From contig CAVQSY010000041.1 of assembly GCA_963716025.1 (NCBI GenBank), positions 6,985-70,984 of the forward strand: DNA of 64,000 nucleotides. The letters are read 5' to 3'. Below the pieces are notes generated by a model. The model was not told the DNA's origin, ran no database searches, and saw nothing but the letters and a program-made list of their open reading frames with translations. Source of the DNA: an uncultured Chloroflexia bacterium (GTDB taxonomy: Bacteria; Chloroflexota; Limnocylindria; Limnocylindrales; CSP1-4). This document shows positions 48,489 to 57,582 of the stretch, in pieces. Position numbers and translations under genes: made by a program. How positions within the stretch are numbered: the stretch's first letter is position 1; each line of letters begins with the position of its first letter.

Positions 48489-49814
48489 GTGCCGTCCGGG
48501 ACCACGCTCAACGTGCTCGAGCTGCCCGCGGGGCTGATCGGCGGGCTGGCCATCGCCGGGTTCGCGGTCGCGATCGTCGCGGCCCTGCTTGCCCCGCTCC
48601 TCGCGCGGCTGCGCCGGCTGGACCCCTGGCACGACCCGCTCAAGCTCATCCCGTATGCACTGCTGTTCGCCGGGGCCGTGCTGGCCGGCGCGGCGGCGGC
48701 GCTGGGCTCGGTGACGGCGCCGCGGCCTGGCGTGCGCGAGGTGGCCTCGGCGGCGCTCGCGATCCTGTGCCTGACGCCGCTCGTCGGGGTGGCGGCCGTG
48801 CGGCTCCGCTATGGAGCGCCGGGCGGCCGGACGTTCCCCCAGCAGATCGCTGCCAACCGCGGCTCCTCGGTGCTGCTCGTGGCGGTGCTGTTCGAGCTGA
48901 TGGCCATCACCGGGTTCCTGATCGGGGCGGCGGTGGGTGCCGGCTTCGGGGTCACCCTTGGGCTGGGGCTCCTCGTCGCGGGGGTATCCGTCGTCGTCAC
49001 CCTTGGGGCGACCGCGTTCGCGTGGGCATCGGGTGATGGGCTGATCCTCGACCTGGCCGAGGCGAAGGAGGCGGGCCCCGCCGAGCAGCAGCTGCGCAAC
49101 GTCGTCTCGGAGCTGGCGACCGCGGCGGGGGTCGCTGTGCCCAGGATCTTTGTCATCGACTCGACGTCGCTCAACGCGCTGTCGGTTGGCCGGGACCCGG
49201 ACCACGGCACGATCGCGATCACCCGCGGGCTGCTCACGGCCCTCGACCGCGAGGAGCTCCAGGGGGTCATCGCCCACGAGCTCGCCCACATCGCGAACCT
49301 GGACTCGCGGCACGCGGTGCTCGTCGCGCTCCTGGTCGGGGCCATCGTCCTGCTGACCGAGGTGTTCCTGGGGCTGATCATCGAGATCGCCAAGAACCCG
49401 TGGACCGGCGACGACCTGCAGGACACCCTGGCCGCGCTCGCGCTGTGGCTCGTGGTGGTCGTGGCGGGTCTCATCGTGGGCGGTCTGCTGCGGCTCATCG
49501 CGCCGGTGGCGGCGCTCGCCGTCCAGGCGGCCATCAGTCGCGACCGGGAGTACCTCGCGGATGCCACCGCCGTGGGGATCACGCGGAACACGGCCGGGTC
49601 GATCGGGGCGCTCTCGAAGCTGGAGCGCTCCCGGGGCTCGCTCCCTGGTGGCAACAAGGGCACCCAGCACCTGTGGATCGTCAACCCGGTGCGCGAGGCG
49701 AAGGAGGGGGGCCGTGGCTGGTTCGACACCCACCCGGCGACGCCGGACCGGATCGCGCGGCTGCGGGCACTGACGGGGCAGGACACCGGGCCGGAGGAAG
49801 CGGGCGCAGCCTGA
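48489..49814 (+). CDS. M48-family (HtpX-like) zinc metalloprotease
   Basis: N-terminal TM segments; HELAHIAN (HExxH) and downstream ...EYLAD... glutamate; a further TM pair. Confidence 0.7.
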   Translation: MPSGTTLNVLELPAGLIGGLAIAGFAVAIVAALLAPLLARLRRLDPWHDPLKLIPYALLFAGAVLAGAAAALGSVTAPRPGVREVASAALAILCLTPLVGVAAVRLRYGAPGGRTFPQQIAANRGSSVLLVAVLFELMAITGFLIGAAVGAGFGVTLGLGLLVAGVSVVVTLGATAFAWASGDGLILDLAEAKEAGPAEQQLRNVVSELATAAGVAVPRIFVIDSTSLNALSVGRDPDHGTIAITRGLLTALDREELQGVIAHELAHIANLDSRHAVLVALLVGAIVLLTEVFLGLIIEIAKNPWTGDDLQDTLAALALWLVVVVAGLIVGGLLRLIAPVAALAVQAAISRDREYLADATAVGITRNTAGSIGALSKLERSRGSLPGGNKGTQHLWIVNPVREAKEGGRGWFDTHPATPDRIARLRALTGQDTGPEEAGAA

Positions 49815-49862
49815 CCGGCGGACTTGATCGACGTCGTATTGCGTTGTGCTACGCTGCATGAC

Positions 49863-50306
49863 ATGAGCGACCGACCGCGTGCCCGCCGCGCCGTACGCGA
49901 GACGACCAGCTTCCGACTCCCGGCGGAGACGGTCGCGCGGCTCGATGCGCGGGCGAGCCTGCTCGGGTCCACCCGGACGACCATCGCCGAGCGGCTGCTC
50001 GAGGAGGGCCTCCGGCTGGTCGAGCACCCAGGCATCGTGTTCACGGACGGCGCCCAGGGCGAGCGGCGCGCCACCCTTGCCGGATCGCGCCTCGACGTGT
50101 GGATGGTCGTCGAGACGATCCGGGCGAACGCCAACAGCACGGAGGCTGCCGCGGCGTACCACGACGTGCCGCGGACCTGGATCGAGACGGCGGCCCGCTA
50201 CTTCGCCGCATTCCCGGACGAGATCGACGCCGAGATCGGGCGCAACCGGGCGTTCGCCGAGCGCGAGATGCGCCTCGCGAGCGAGCAGCGACGACTCCTG
50301 GGTTGA
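49863..50306 (+). CDS. DUF433-domain protein with N-terminal ribbon-helix-helix (antitoxin-like)
   Basis: ...TSFRLPAETVARLDARASLLGSTRTTIAERLLEEGL... is CopG/RHH-like. ...GIVFTDGAQGERRATLAGSRLDVWMVVETIRANANSTEAAAAYHDVPRTWIETAARYF... matches the DUF433 pattern. Confidence 0.5.
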   Translation: MSDRPRARRAVRETTSFRLPAETVARLDARASLLGSTRTTIAERLLEEGLRLVEHPGIVFTDGAQGERRATLAGSRLDVWMVVETIRANANSTEAAAAYHDVPRTWIETAARYFAAFPDEIDAEIGRNRAFAEREMRLASEQRRLLG

Positions 50307-50668
50307 GGTTCCTGCTCGACGAGCACATCTCGCCACTGGTGGCCTCGCTGCTCCGCGACCGGGGCCACGATGCGGTGGCGGTCGCCGAGCGCCATGGGCT
50401 CCGTGGATTGCCCGACCGGGCGCTCCTGCAGGTCGCGCTCGAGGACGACCGCGCGCTGGTCACCTTCGACGTCGGGGACTTCGGGCGTCTCGCAGGGCGC
50501 TTGGCGAGGACCGTGGAGGCATACCCGGGCATCGTGCTCGTGGCGGCCTCCGCGTTTCCGCCGGCCCTGGACGGCGTCGGGCGGCTGGCGGGCGCGCTCG
50601 ATGCCCTCGCGGCGGCGAACCCGGGCGGACTCGGCTCGCGCGTCGCCTGGCTTGAGCCGTCCCGCTGA
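50303..50668 (+). CDS. DUF5615-like protein (putative toxin partner of DUF433)
   Basis: Probable TTG start overlapping the upstream TGA. LRFLLDEHISPLVASLLRDRGHDAVAVAE...ALLQVALEDDRALVTFDVGDF... matches the M(K/R)FL(I/L)DE.. N-terminus typical of DUF5615. Confidence 0.4.
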   Translation: MRFLLDEHISPLVASLLRDRGHDAVAVAERHGLRGLPDRALLQVALEDDRALVTFDVGDFGRLAGRLARTVEAYPGIVLVAASAFPPALDGVGRLAGALDALAAANPGGLGSRVAWLEPSR

Positions 50669-50684
50669 GTGCCTGCGGGCTGCC

Positions 50685-52163
50685 TCAGCCCTCGGTGTCC
50701 GGCGTCTTGCGGCTGGGTCGCCGGCCGGCCATCCACGCGGCCCGCTCGTCGTCGGAGAGGCTCGACCAGTCGTCCGGGGCGGCGTCGGGGTCGAGCGGCT
50801 CCTGGGGAGGCCGGAGCGCCTCGGGGACGTGGACCAAGTTGAGGCGGAGCCGGTACCAGGCGTAGGCACGGCCGCGCATCGCTGTCTCGATCACATCGGC
50901 GGGCTCCAGGTGTGCCGCGGCCTCGGGGTGGCGGGTCTTCCAGCGCTCGAGGCCGGCGTGCACCTCGGCCTTGGTCGGGGCGCGCCCGAGCTCGATGACC
51001 GGGACGGTGCTCCTCCGGCGCCCGGTGGGCGAGGGGCGCGATCCTTCCCACTCGGTCGGCAGCCCGGCGTTCGCGTCGCCGGCGGCAACGGCGGCCGCAC
51101 GCTGCGCCGCCACCTCCGGCGGCGGGCCACCATCCCTGCCGCGGCCCTGGTACTCGGTGTCCGCGCGACGTTTCCTCGACGGCTGGACGCGCGGCGGCTC
51201 CCCCTCCTGCTTGGCGTAGTTGGGCGGCCACGGCGCATCGCCATCGCCCTCGGCCTCGTGGCGCTCCGACAGCTCCAGCAGCGCGTCCAGCGTGCCCATC
51301 GCATCGTCGATCCCGGCGCCGGCATCGCCCCGCTCCGCGTGGATCGCAGGCACCGTGGCCAGCGTGAAGTCCTCCATCACGCAGTCGGGGACCTCGTCCC
51401 AGCGGAGCGGGAACGACACCCGCGCGTCCGGCGTGGGCCGGACGGAGTAGGCCGAGGCCACGGTGCGGTCCTTGGCGTTCTGGTTGTAGTCGAGGAACAC
51501 GCCGTGGCGCTCCTCCTTCCACCATTTCGAGGTCGCGATCGAGGGCGCTCGCTGCTCCACGTCCCGGGCCAGGGCGAGCGCCGCCCGGCGGACCTGCGGG
51601 TACGTCCAGCGCGGCTCGATCCGCACGTTGATGTGGATCCCGCGCGACCCCGACGTCTTGGGCCAGCCGGTGAGGCCGACGGCTTCCAGCGACTCCCGGA
51701 CCACGAGCGCCACCTCGCGGACCTGCGACCACGGCACGCCCGGCACGGGGTCGAGGTCCACCCGCAGCTCGTCGGGATGGTCCAGATCTTCCGCCCGCAC
51801 CGGGTGCGGGTTGAGATCGAGACAGCCGAGGTTGGCGACCCACGCGAGGCCCGCCGCCTCGTCCACGACGATCTCGTCGGCCGTTCGCCCGGACGGGAAG
51901 GTCAGCGTCGCGACTCGCATCCATTCCGGCCGGTTGTCCGGGGCCCGCTTCTGGAAGAACGGCTCCTTCTCGGCACCGTCCACGAACCGCTTGAGGGCCA
52001 TCGGGCGGCCGCGAACGCCGACCAGGGCGCCGTCGGCCACGGCAAGGAAGTAGCGCACGAGGTCCAGCTTGGTGTGGCCGGCGCGCGGGAAGTAGACCTT
52101 GTCGGGGTTGCTGACCGCGACCTCGCGGCCGCCGATCTGGAGGAGCTCCTTCCGCGTCGCCAT
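50685..52163 (-). CDS. NHEJ DNA polymerase/primase (LigD polymerase domain)
   Basis: MATRKELLQIGGREVAVSNPDKVYFPRAGHTKLDLVRYF...GSRGIHINVRI... is the archaeo-eukaryotic Prim-Pol domain of LigD. There is a long Pro/Ala-rich C-terminal extension. Confidence 0.8.
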   Translation of the reverse strand: MATRKELLQIGGREVAVSNPDKVYFPRAGHTKLDLVRYFLAVADGALVGVRGRPMALKRFVDGAEKEPFFQKRAPDNRPEWMRVATLTFPSGRTADEIVVDEAAGLAWVANLGCLDLNPHPVRAEDLDHPDELRVDLDPVPGVPWSQVREVALVVRESLEAVGLTGWPKTSGSRGIHINVRIEPRWTYPQVRRAALALARDVEQRAPSIATSKWWKEERHGVFLDYNQNAKDRTVASAYSVRPTPDARVSFPLRWDEVPDCVMEDFTLATVPAIHAERGDAGAGIDDAMGTLDALLELSERHEAEGDGDAPWPPNYAKQEGEPPRVQPSRKRRADTEYQGRGRDGGPPPEVAAQRAAAVAAGDANAGLPTEWEGSRPSPTGRRRSTVPVIELGRAPTKAEVHAGLERWKTRHPEAAAHLEPADVIETAMRGRAYAWYRLRLNLVHVPEALRPPQEPLDPDAAPDDWSSLSDDERAAWMAGRRPSRKTPDTEG

Positions 52164-52278
52164 GCGCTGATGCTAGAAGGCCGGGCAAGCCGGTGCCTGT
52201 CGAACCCGGTGCCCGTCGTTCGTCGCTACGATGACAGCCCGGAGGGACCGGGCCCGCCGCCGAGGAGGACCGCGACCG

Positions 52279-52626
52279 ATGCGCTACCTGCTGATGATCT
52301 ACGAGCAGCCCCCGGCCACGCCCCCTACGGACGAGGAGTGGGCCGCGATGATGCCGGCCTACGGCGCGTTCAGCGACTGGCTCCGTGAGCGCGGCTGGCA
52401 GGTGGCCGCGGAGGCGCTCCAGGACGTCTCGACCGCGACCACGGTCACCGTGCGCGACGGCCGGCGGATCGTCACCGACGGACCGTTCGCGGAGACCAAG
52501 GAGCACCTGGGCGGGTTCTACCTGATCGACGCCCCGTCGCTGGATGACGCGATCGAGAGCGCGGCGCGCATCCCGGGCGCCGCCACCGGCAAGGTGGAGA
52601 TCCGCCCGATCATGGAGACGGGCTGA
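52279..52626 (+). CDS. YciI-like (DGPF) domain protein
   Basis: MRYLLMIYEQPPA...TDGPFAETKEHLGGFYLIDAPSLDDAIESAARIP... is the YCII-related family. Confidence 0.65.
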   Translation: MRYLLMIYEQPPATPPTDEEWAAMMPAYGAFSDWLRERGWQVAAEALQDVSTATTVTVRDGRRIVTDGPFAETKEHLGGFYLIDAPSLDDAIESAARIPGAATGKVEIRPIMETG

Positions 52627-53900
52627 GCACGGCCTCCGGCGACGCCGTCGCCCGGGTCTTCCGCGAGGAGCACGGGCGCGCGATCGCGTCCTTGATCCGG
52701 GTGCTCGGCGACTTCGACCTCGCCGAGGAGGCGCTGGCGGACGCCTACCTGACGGCGCTCGAGCGGTGGCCGGTGGAGGGGGTCCCGGCGGTTCCCGGAG
52801 CGTGGATCACCACCACCGCTCGCAACCGGGCGATCGACCGGTTGCGCCGGGCGCGGGTGCTCGCCGACAAGACGGCGCTCCTCGCCCGGGACGCGGCATT
52901 CGATGCGGCAGCCCGCCAGGGGGCGCTCGAGGCGGCGGCGGAGGACGAGATGGCCCCGATCCCCGATGACCAGCTGCGCCTGATCTTCACCTGCTGCCAC
53001 CCGGCGCTGGCGCCGGAGGCCGCGGTCGCCCTGACGCTTCGGACCCTCGGTGGGCTCACCACGCCGGAGATCGCCCATGCCTTCCTGGTTCCCGAGGCGA
53101 CGCTCGCCCAGCGCCTGGTCCGCGCCAAGCGCAAGATCCGCGGCGCGGGCATCGCGTACGAGGTCCCGACCGGCGACCGGCTGGCCGATCGGCTCGAGGC
53201 CGTGCTCCACGTGCTCTACCTCGTGTTCAACGAGGGCTACGACGCCACCAGCGGGGAGTCCCTGATCCGTCGTGAGCTGTGCGTCGAGGCGATCCGGCTC
53301 GCGCGGCTTGTCGCCGACCTCCTGCCGGGCGAGCCCGAGGCACTGGGGCTGCTGGCCCTGCTGCTCCTCACGGACGCTCGACGCGCGGCTCGCGAGGGTC
53401 CGGGCGGCGAGCTGGTGCGGCTGGAGGACCAGGATCGCTCGAGCTGGGATGCGGCGCGGATCGAGGAGGGGCGCTCGCTGACCGAGCGGGCGCTCCGGTT
53501 CGGTCGGGTCGGCCCGTACCAGTTGCAGGCGGCGATCGCTGCGGTGCACGACGAGGCCTCGACGGCCGCGGACACGGACTGGCCCCAGATCCTGGGGCTG
53601 TACGGAGTCCTCCAGCGGGTATCGCCGTCACCGGTCGTGGACCTCAACCGCGCCGTCGCCGTGGCCCAGGTCACTGGTCTCGAGGCGGGGCTGGCCGCCG
53701 TGGATGCCCTGGCTGCCGACCCCGCGCTGGCGGGGTACCGGTTCCTGCACTCGACCCGTGCCGACTTCCTGCGCCGGCTTGGCCGACGGGCGGAGGCGAT
53801 CGACGCCTACGAGCGGGCGCGAGCGCTCACCGAGAACCGTGCCGAGCGAGCGTTCCTCGAGCGGCGGATCGCGGAGGTCCGGACGCGCAGCGTGAGCTGA
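52623..53900 (+). CDS. ECF-type RNA polymerase sigma factor with long C-terminal extension (start codon unresolved)
   Basis: Region 2 (...FREEHGRAIASLIRVLGDFDLAEEALADAYL...) and region 4 (...LGGLTTPEIAHAFLVPEATLAQRLVRAKRKIRGA...), plus a roughly 230-aa helical extension. No ATG/GTG/TTG occurs between the in-frame stop at 52545 and the conserved region. A CTG at 52623 overlaps the yciI-like TGA. Confidence 0.6.
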   Translation: MSTASGDAVARVFREEHGRAIASLIRVLGDFDLAEEALADAYLTALERWPVEGVPAVPGAWITTTARNRAIDRLRRARVLADKTALLARDAAFDAAARQGALEAAAEDEMAPIPDDQLRLIFTCCHPALAPEAAVALTLRTLGGLTTPEIAHAFLVPEATLAQRLVRAKRKIRGAGIAYEVPTGDRLADRLEAVLHVLYLVFNEGYDATSGESLIRRELCVEAIRLARLVADLLPGEPEALGLLALLLLTDARRAAREGPGGELVRLEDQDRSSWDAARIEEGRSLTERALRFGRVGPYQLQAAIAAVHDEASTAADTDWPQILGLYGVLQRVSPSPVVDLNRAVAVAQVTGLEAGLAAVDALAADPALAGYRFLHSTRADFLRRLGRRAEAIDAYERARALTENRAERAFLERRIAEVRTRSVS

Positions 53901-53964
53901 CGCGGCCCGTGCCGTAGGCTGGACTGCGCACCGGCCTACGGCCGGACCCCCTCGATGGGAACCG

Positions 53965-55350
53965 ATGACCGCACGGATCCGCCCCTCGCTCGCGCTCGCG
54001 CTCGCGCTCGCGCTCGCGCTCGCCGCCTTCCTCGGTGCGTGCGACGTGCTGCCCAGCCCATCGCCGCCACCAACCCTCCGGACCGACTCCGGGACCGCCG
54101 GACCGCTCGGGCCGGAGGCCATCTCGGCCGCGATCGGCTCCCTCGACGGGCTGGCGTCCTATCGCTTCGTGGGCTCGACGGCGGAGGGGGACACGGGCGT
54201 CTCCGAGACCCGCGGGACCGTGGTCAACGGGGAGGTGCGGCGGACGCGGATCGCCTACAGCGCCGACGGCGCTCTCGCGGGGGCCACGATCACGATCGCC
54301 AGCCGGACCTGGGTGCGCGTTTCCGGTTCCACGTACCAGGAGCAGGACGACTCGGGTGTGGACGACAACGACTGGGTCAATCCGGTTGCCCGCCTGCTGG
54401 ACCCGTGGTCGCTGGGGATCACGGTCGTCGAGGACCTGGGTCTCGAGCCGTTGAGCGGGGTGGACGCCAGGCACCTTCGAAGCTCCATCGCCGCCGGAGA
54501 CGTCGTCGACGATGACGGGCTGCCGGTTGGGAACGGCTTCAGCGGGACCGTGGACGCCTGGATCGCCGTCGACGGCGGACACCTGGTTGCGGCGAGCGTC
54601 GTCGGCACCGAGGCCCTGCCCGGCGTCGATGCGACCGACCCCGCTCCCAGCCCCGTGGCGTACCGGCTGGACATCGTCGTCGAGGGGGTCGACGACCCGG
54701 CCAACGTCATCGAGGCGCCTGTGGCGGGTGCGGCCACGCCGGCTCCCGTGGACGACCCGGTGGCGATCCGGCTGATCAGGGACATCCGCGACGGCCAGGC
54801 AGCACTCAATTCGTACGTCTACTCGATCACGTCGAGCATCGCCGGCTTCGACATCACCTCGAGGCTGACCGTCGTGAATCGTCCCGTGGCTGCGGCGCAG
54901 GTGGAAACCGACGGGGTCTCGGGGTTCGAGGGCACCACGATCCTCGCCGTCGGCGACGACACCTGGTCGCGAACCGGCTCGGGCGCCTGGCAGCCCGGCC
55001 GCCCGGGCGACGAGCCGGCCTGCGGGATCGGTGCCGACGCAACCTCGGACCCGGCGCCGTGCACCCTCGCCCGCCTGGTGGACATCGGGGCAAGCATCCG
55101 GACCATGCGCAGCACGTTCGCCGTGGTCAGCACCAACGAGCGCACGGCGGGGATCGACGTGACCCACCTGCGCAGCGAGGCCGGCGTGCGCCAGGGCGAG
55201 GATGTCATCGCCGGCACCCGCGACGTATGGATCGCAAACGACGGCGGCTATCTCGTCAAGGATGTGTTCACCGGGCTCGAGATCTCGTTCCAGGCCGTGA
55301 TCGGCCGGGTCAACGACCCGCTGAACCGCCTCCTGGCACCCACGCGCTGA
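53965..55350 (+). CDS. lipoprotein, unknown function
   Basis: MTARIRPSLALALALALALAAFLGAC has a signal peptide and lipobox; 461 aa, beta-rich. Confidence 0.6.
   Translation: MTARIRPSLALALALALALAAFLGACDVLPSPSPPPTLRTDSGTAGPLGPEAISAAIGSLDGLASYRFVGSTAEGDTGVSETRGTVVNGEVRRTRIAYSADGALAGATITIASRTWVRVSGSTYQEQDDSGVDDNDWVNPVARLLDPWSLGITVVEDLGLEPLSGVDARHLRSSIAAGDVVDDDGLPVGNGFSGTVDAWIAVDGGHLVAASVVGTEALPGVDATDPAPSPVAYRLDIVVEGVDDPANVIEAPVAGAATPAPVDDPVAIRLIRDIRDGQAALNSYVYSITSSIAGFDITSRLTVVNRPVAAAQVETDGVSGFEGTTILAVGDDTWSRTGSGAWQPGRPGDEPACGIGADATSDPAPCTLARLVDIGASIRTMRSTFAVVSTNERTAGIDVTHLRSEAGVRQGEDVIAGTRDVWIANDGGYLVKDVFTGLEISFQAVIGRVNDPLNRLLAPTR
53985..54022 (+). repeat. hexanucleotide microsatellite (CGCGCT)x5 inside the lipoprotein signal-peptide coding region
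   Basis: ctcgct cgcgct cgcgct cgcgct cgcgct cgcgct cgcc encodes (LA)n; unit loss or gain is in-frame. Confidence 0.7.
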
Positions 55351-55377
55351 CGCTGCCGGGCACCGTACCATCCGGGC

Positions 55378-56226
55378 ATGCCCACGCTGCGGATCGCCCT
55401 GGTCCAGTTCGAGGCGCGTGACGACGTCGCCGCCAACATCACGCACGCGGCGGACCTCGCCGGCCAGGCTGCCACGGGCTCGGATCTCGTCGTGCTCCCC
55501 GAGTACGTCCAGTTCCGCGGCTCCGCCGACGGGTACCGGGCCTCGGCCCGCCCGATCCCGGGGCCCACGACCGAGCCATTCGCCGCCGTCGCGCGGGACG
55601 CGGGCTGCTGGGTCCTCGCCGGCTCGCACGCCGAGACCTCCGGGGATCCCCGCCGTCCATCCAATACCGCGGTCCTGTTCGACCGATCCGGCGCGCTCGT
55701 GGCGACCTACCGCAAGCTCCACCTGTTCGACGTCTCGGTGGACGATGGGCCGGCCGACACGGAGTCGGCGCGGGTGACGCCCGGGGACCGGGCGGTGGTG
55801 GCGTCACTCGACGGCGTGGGCCTGGGGCTTTCGATCTGCTACGACCTGCGGTTCCCGGAGCTGTACCGGGCCCTCGCGCACGCCGGTGCCGCCATCCTCG
55901 CGGTGCCCGCCGTGTTCACCGCGCGGACCGGGCGCGACCACTGGGAGCCGCTGCTGCGGGCCCGGGCCATCGAGAACGGGGCGTGGGTCCTCGCGGCGGG
56001 CGCCTGTGGTGCCGGCGGGTCGGGGGCGATCGCCGCCTGGGGGCACTCGATGGTGGTGGATCCCTGGGGCCGGGTCGTCGCCGAGGCGGGGGAGGGCGAG
56101 GCCATCCTCCGCGCCGAGCTGGACCTCGAACAGGTCGCCGCCGCCCGGCGCCAGATCCCGGTGCTTGCCAACCTGCGGCCGGATGCGCTGCCGCCGGTCC
56201 GCGACGTGGACCGGCGAGGCTTCTAG
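55378..56226 (+). CDS. carbon-nitrogen hydrolase (nitrilase superfamily)
   Basis: Glu-Lys-Cys triad context: ...VLPEYV..., ...YRKLHLFD..., ...LGLSICYDLRFPE.... Confidence 0.8.
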   Translation: MPTLRIALVQFEARDDVAANITHAADLAGQAATGSDLVVLPEYVQFRGSADGYRASARPIPGPTTEPFAAVARDAGCWVLAGSHAETSGDPRRPSNTAVLFDRSGALVATYRKLHLFDVSVDDGPADTESARVTPGDRAVVASLDGVGLGLSICYDLRFPELYRALAHAGAAILAVPAVFTARTGRDHWEPLLRARAIENGAWVLAAGACGAGGSGAIAAWGHSMVVDPWGRVVAEAGEGEAILRAELDLEQVAAARRQIPVLANLRPDALPPVRDVDRRGF

Positions 56227-56259
56227 GGCGGCCTGGCGCAGCGCGCGGCCTCCCGAGGG

Positions 56260-57501
56260 TCAGCGCCGGCGCGTGACATCCTCGGCGAAGGCGAGGACCG
56301 CCGTGAGCACGCGATCGCGCACTGGAGAGGCCTCGGTCACGAGGTCGTGGCCGGCGTCGACCTCGAGGAGCGTGGGAGGCGATGGCAGCTGCTCCAGCAG
56401 GGCGCGGGTCTGCGAGGGCCGGCTCACGACATCGGCACGGCCCTGGACCGCGAGCACCGGGACCGCGACGGCTCGTGCCCCGGCCGAGGCCATCCCCGAC
56501 ACGCGGAACAGCTGCTCGAGCAGCGACAGCGGCACCTGCAGCTCACGCAGCCTCGCCGCAGTCGCCGCGTCGCCGACGGCCAGGCGACCGAACGCCCGGA
56601 AGCCGGGCGGCAGGAAGACCCGGAGCACCGGCGCCACGATGCGCTGCCAGGGTGGCACGGGCCAGCAGAAGGGCGCCAGGAGGACGAGGCCATCCGGGGC
56701 CAGGCGCGCCGCCGTCGCCAGGGCCAGCGATCCGCCGATCGAGTGCCCGGCCACGAGCAGCGTCGTGGCACCCGAGGCTCGAAGGGCCGCCGCCGCCTCG
56801 TCGACGGCCCTGGTCCAGTCCTCGACCCGGTAGTCGGCGATCTGGCCGAAGGCGGCGCCATGGCCCGGCAGGCAGGGGACCTCGACCAGCCAGCCGTTCG
56901 CGGCGAGCACAGCAGCCAGGCCCCGCAGCTCCTTCGGCGAGCCGGCGAAGCCGTGGACGAGGAGCGCGCCGCGTACCTCCCCGGGGGCGGCCTCCGCCGC
57001 CTGGAGGTCAACCCGGCTCAGCCGGAACCCGTCGTGTCCCGGGCCGGCGAACAGCTCCACCCCGGCGGGCAGCAGCGGACCCGGCCGCGGGACCCACCGG
57101 GTGTGCGCCAGGTCGAACAGGAACAGGAGAGCTCCCTGGATGCCGAGGCCGATGCCGGCACCGGCACGCCAGGCGTCATCGCCCGCCGAGACCGCGAGCC
57201 AGGCCCCGAGCGCGACGGCGAGGGCGTCGATCGCGACGCGGACGAGGAGCAGGCGCCGGATCCGACGCGTGTGGCGGTCGCGAGCGTCCTGGTCGCCGAT
57301 GGTCCGGCGGCGGCTGCGCTCCGACAGCAGGCGAGCCGCGACACCGATCGCCGCGTCGACCGCACCCCAGCCAAGGAGTGCCGCCCCGAGGCCGCGCCAG
57401 GCGACGTCGCCCGCGACGACCGCGACGGCTCCCAGGATGACGCCGGCCAGCCCCCGGGCGACCAGGCGCCTGCCGAGGACGTCGACGAACTCGAAGATCA
57501 C
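56260..57501 (-). CDS. membrane-anchored alpha/beta hydrolase
   Basis: N-terminal roughly 150 aa with 3-4 TM segments; then LLVHGFAGSP (HG), ...PCLPGHGA..., nucleophile elbow AGHSIGG. Confidence 0.65.
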   Translation of the reverse strand: MIFEFVDVLGRRLVARGLAGVILGAVAVVAGDVAWRGLGAALLGWGAVDAAIGVAARLLSERSRRRTIGDQDARDRHTRRIRRLLLVRVAIDALAVALGAWLAVSAGDDAWRAGAGIGLGIQGALLFLFDLAHTRWVPRPGPLLPAGVELFAGPGHDGFRLSRVDLQAAEAAPGEVRGALLVHGFAGSPKELRGLAAVLAANGWLVEVPCLPGHGAAFGQIADYRVEDWTRAVDEAAAALRASGATTLLVAGHSIGGSLALATAARLAPDGLVLLAPFCWPVPPWQRIVAPVLRVFLPPGFRAFGRLAVGDAATAARLRELQVPLSLLEQLFRVSGMASAGARAVAVPVLAVQGRADVVSRPSQTRALLEQLPSPPTLLEVDAGHDLVTEASPVRDRVLTAVLAFAEDVTRRR

Positions 57502-57582
57502 GCGATGCGGCTCCTGGGGCGGCCCCCGAGCCGGCCGGTGGCGGGTCCGGGGGTTCGCGCAGGAGCCTACATCCGGATGGGG

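Noticed and set aside
47448-50336. 962-aa minus-strand ORF
   Set aside because: Antisense to the ligase, M48 peptidase and DUF433 genes, which have clear family signatures; composition is biased (R/G/P).
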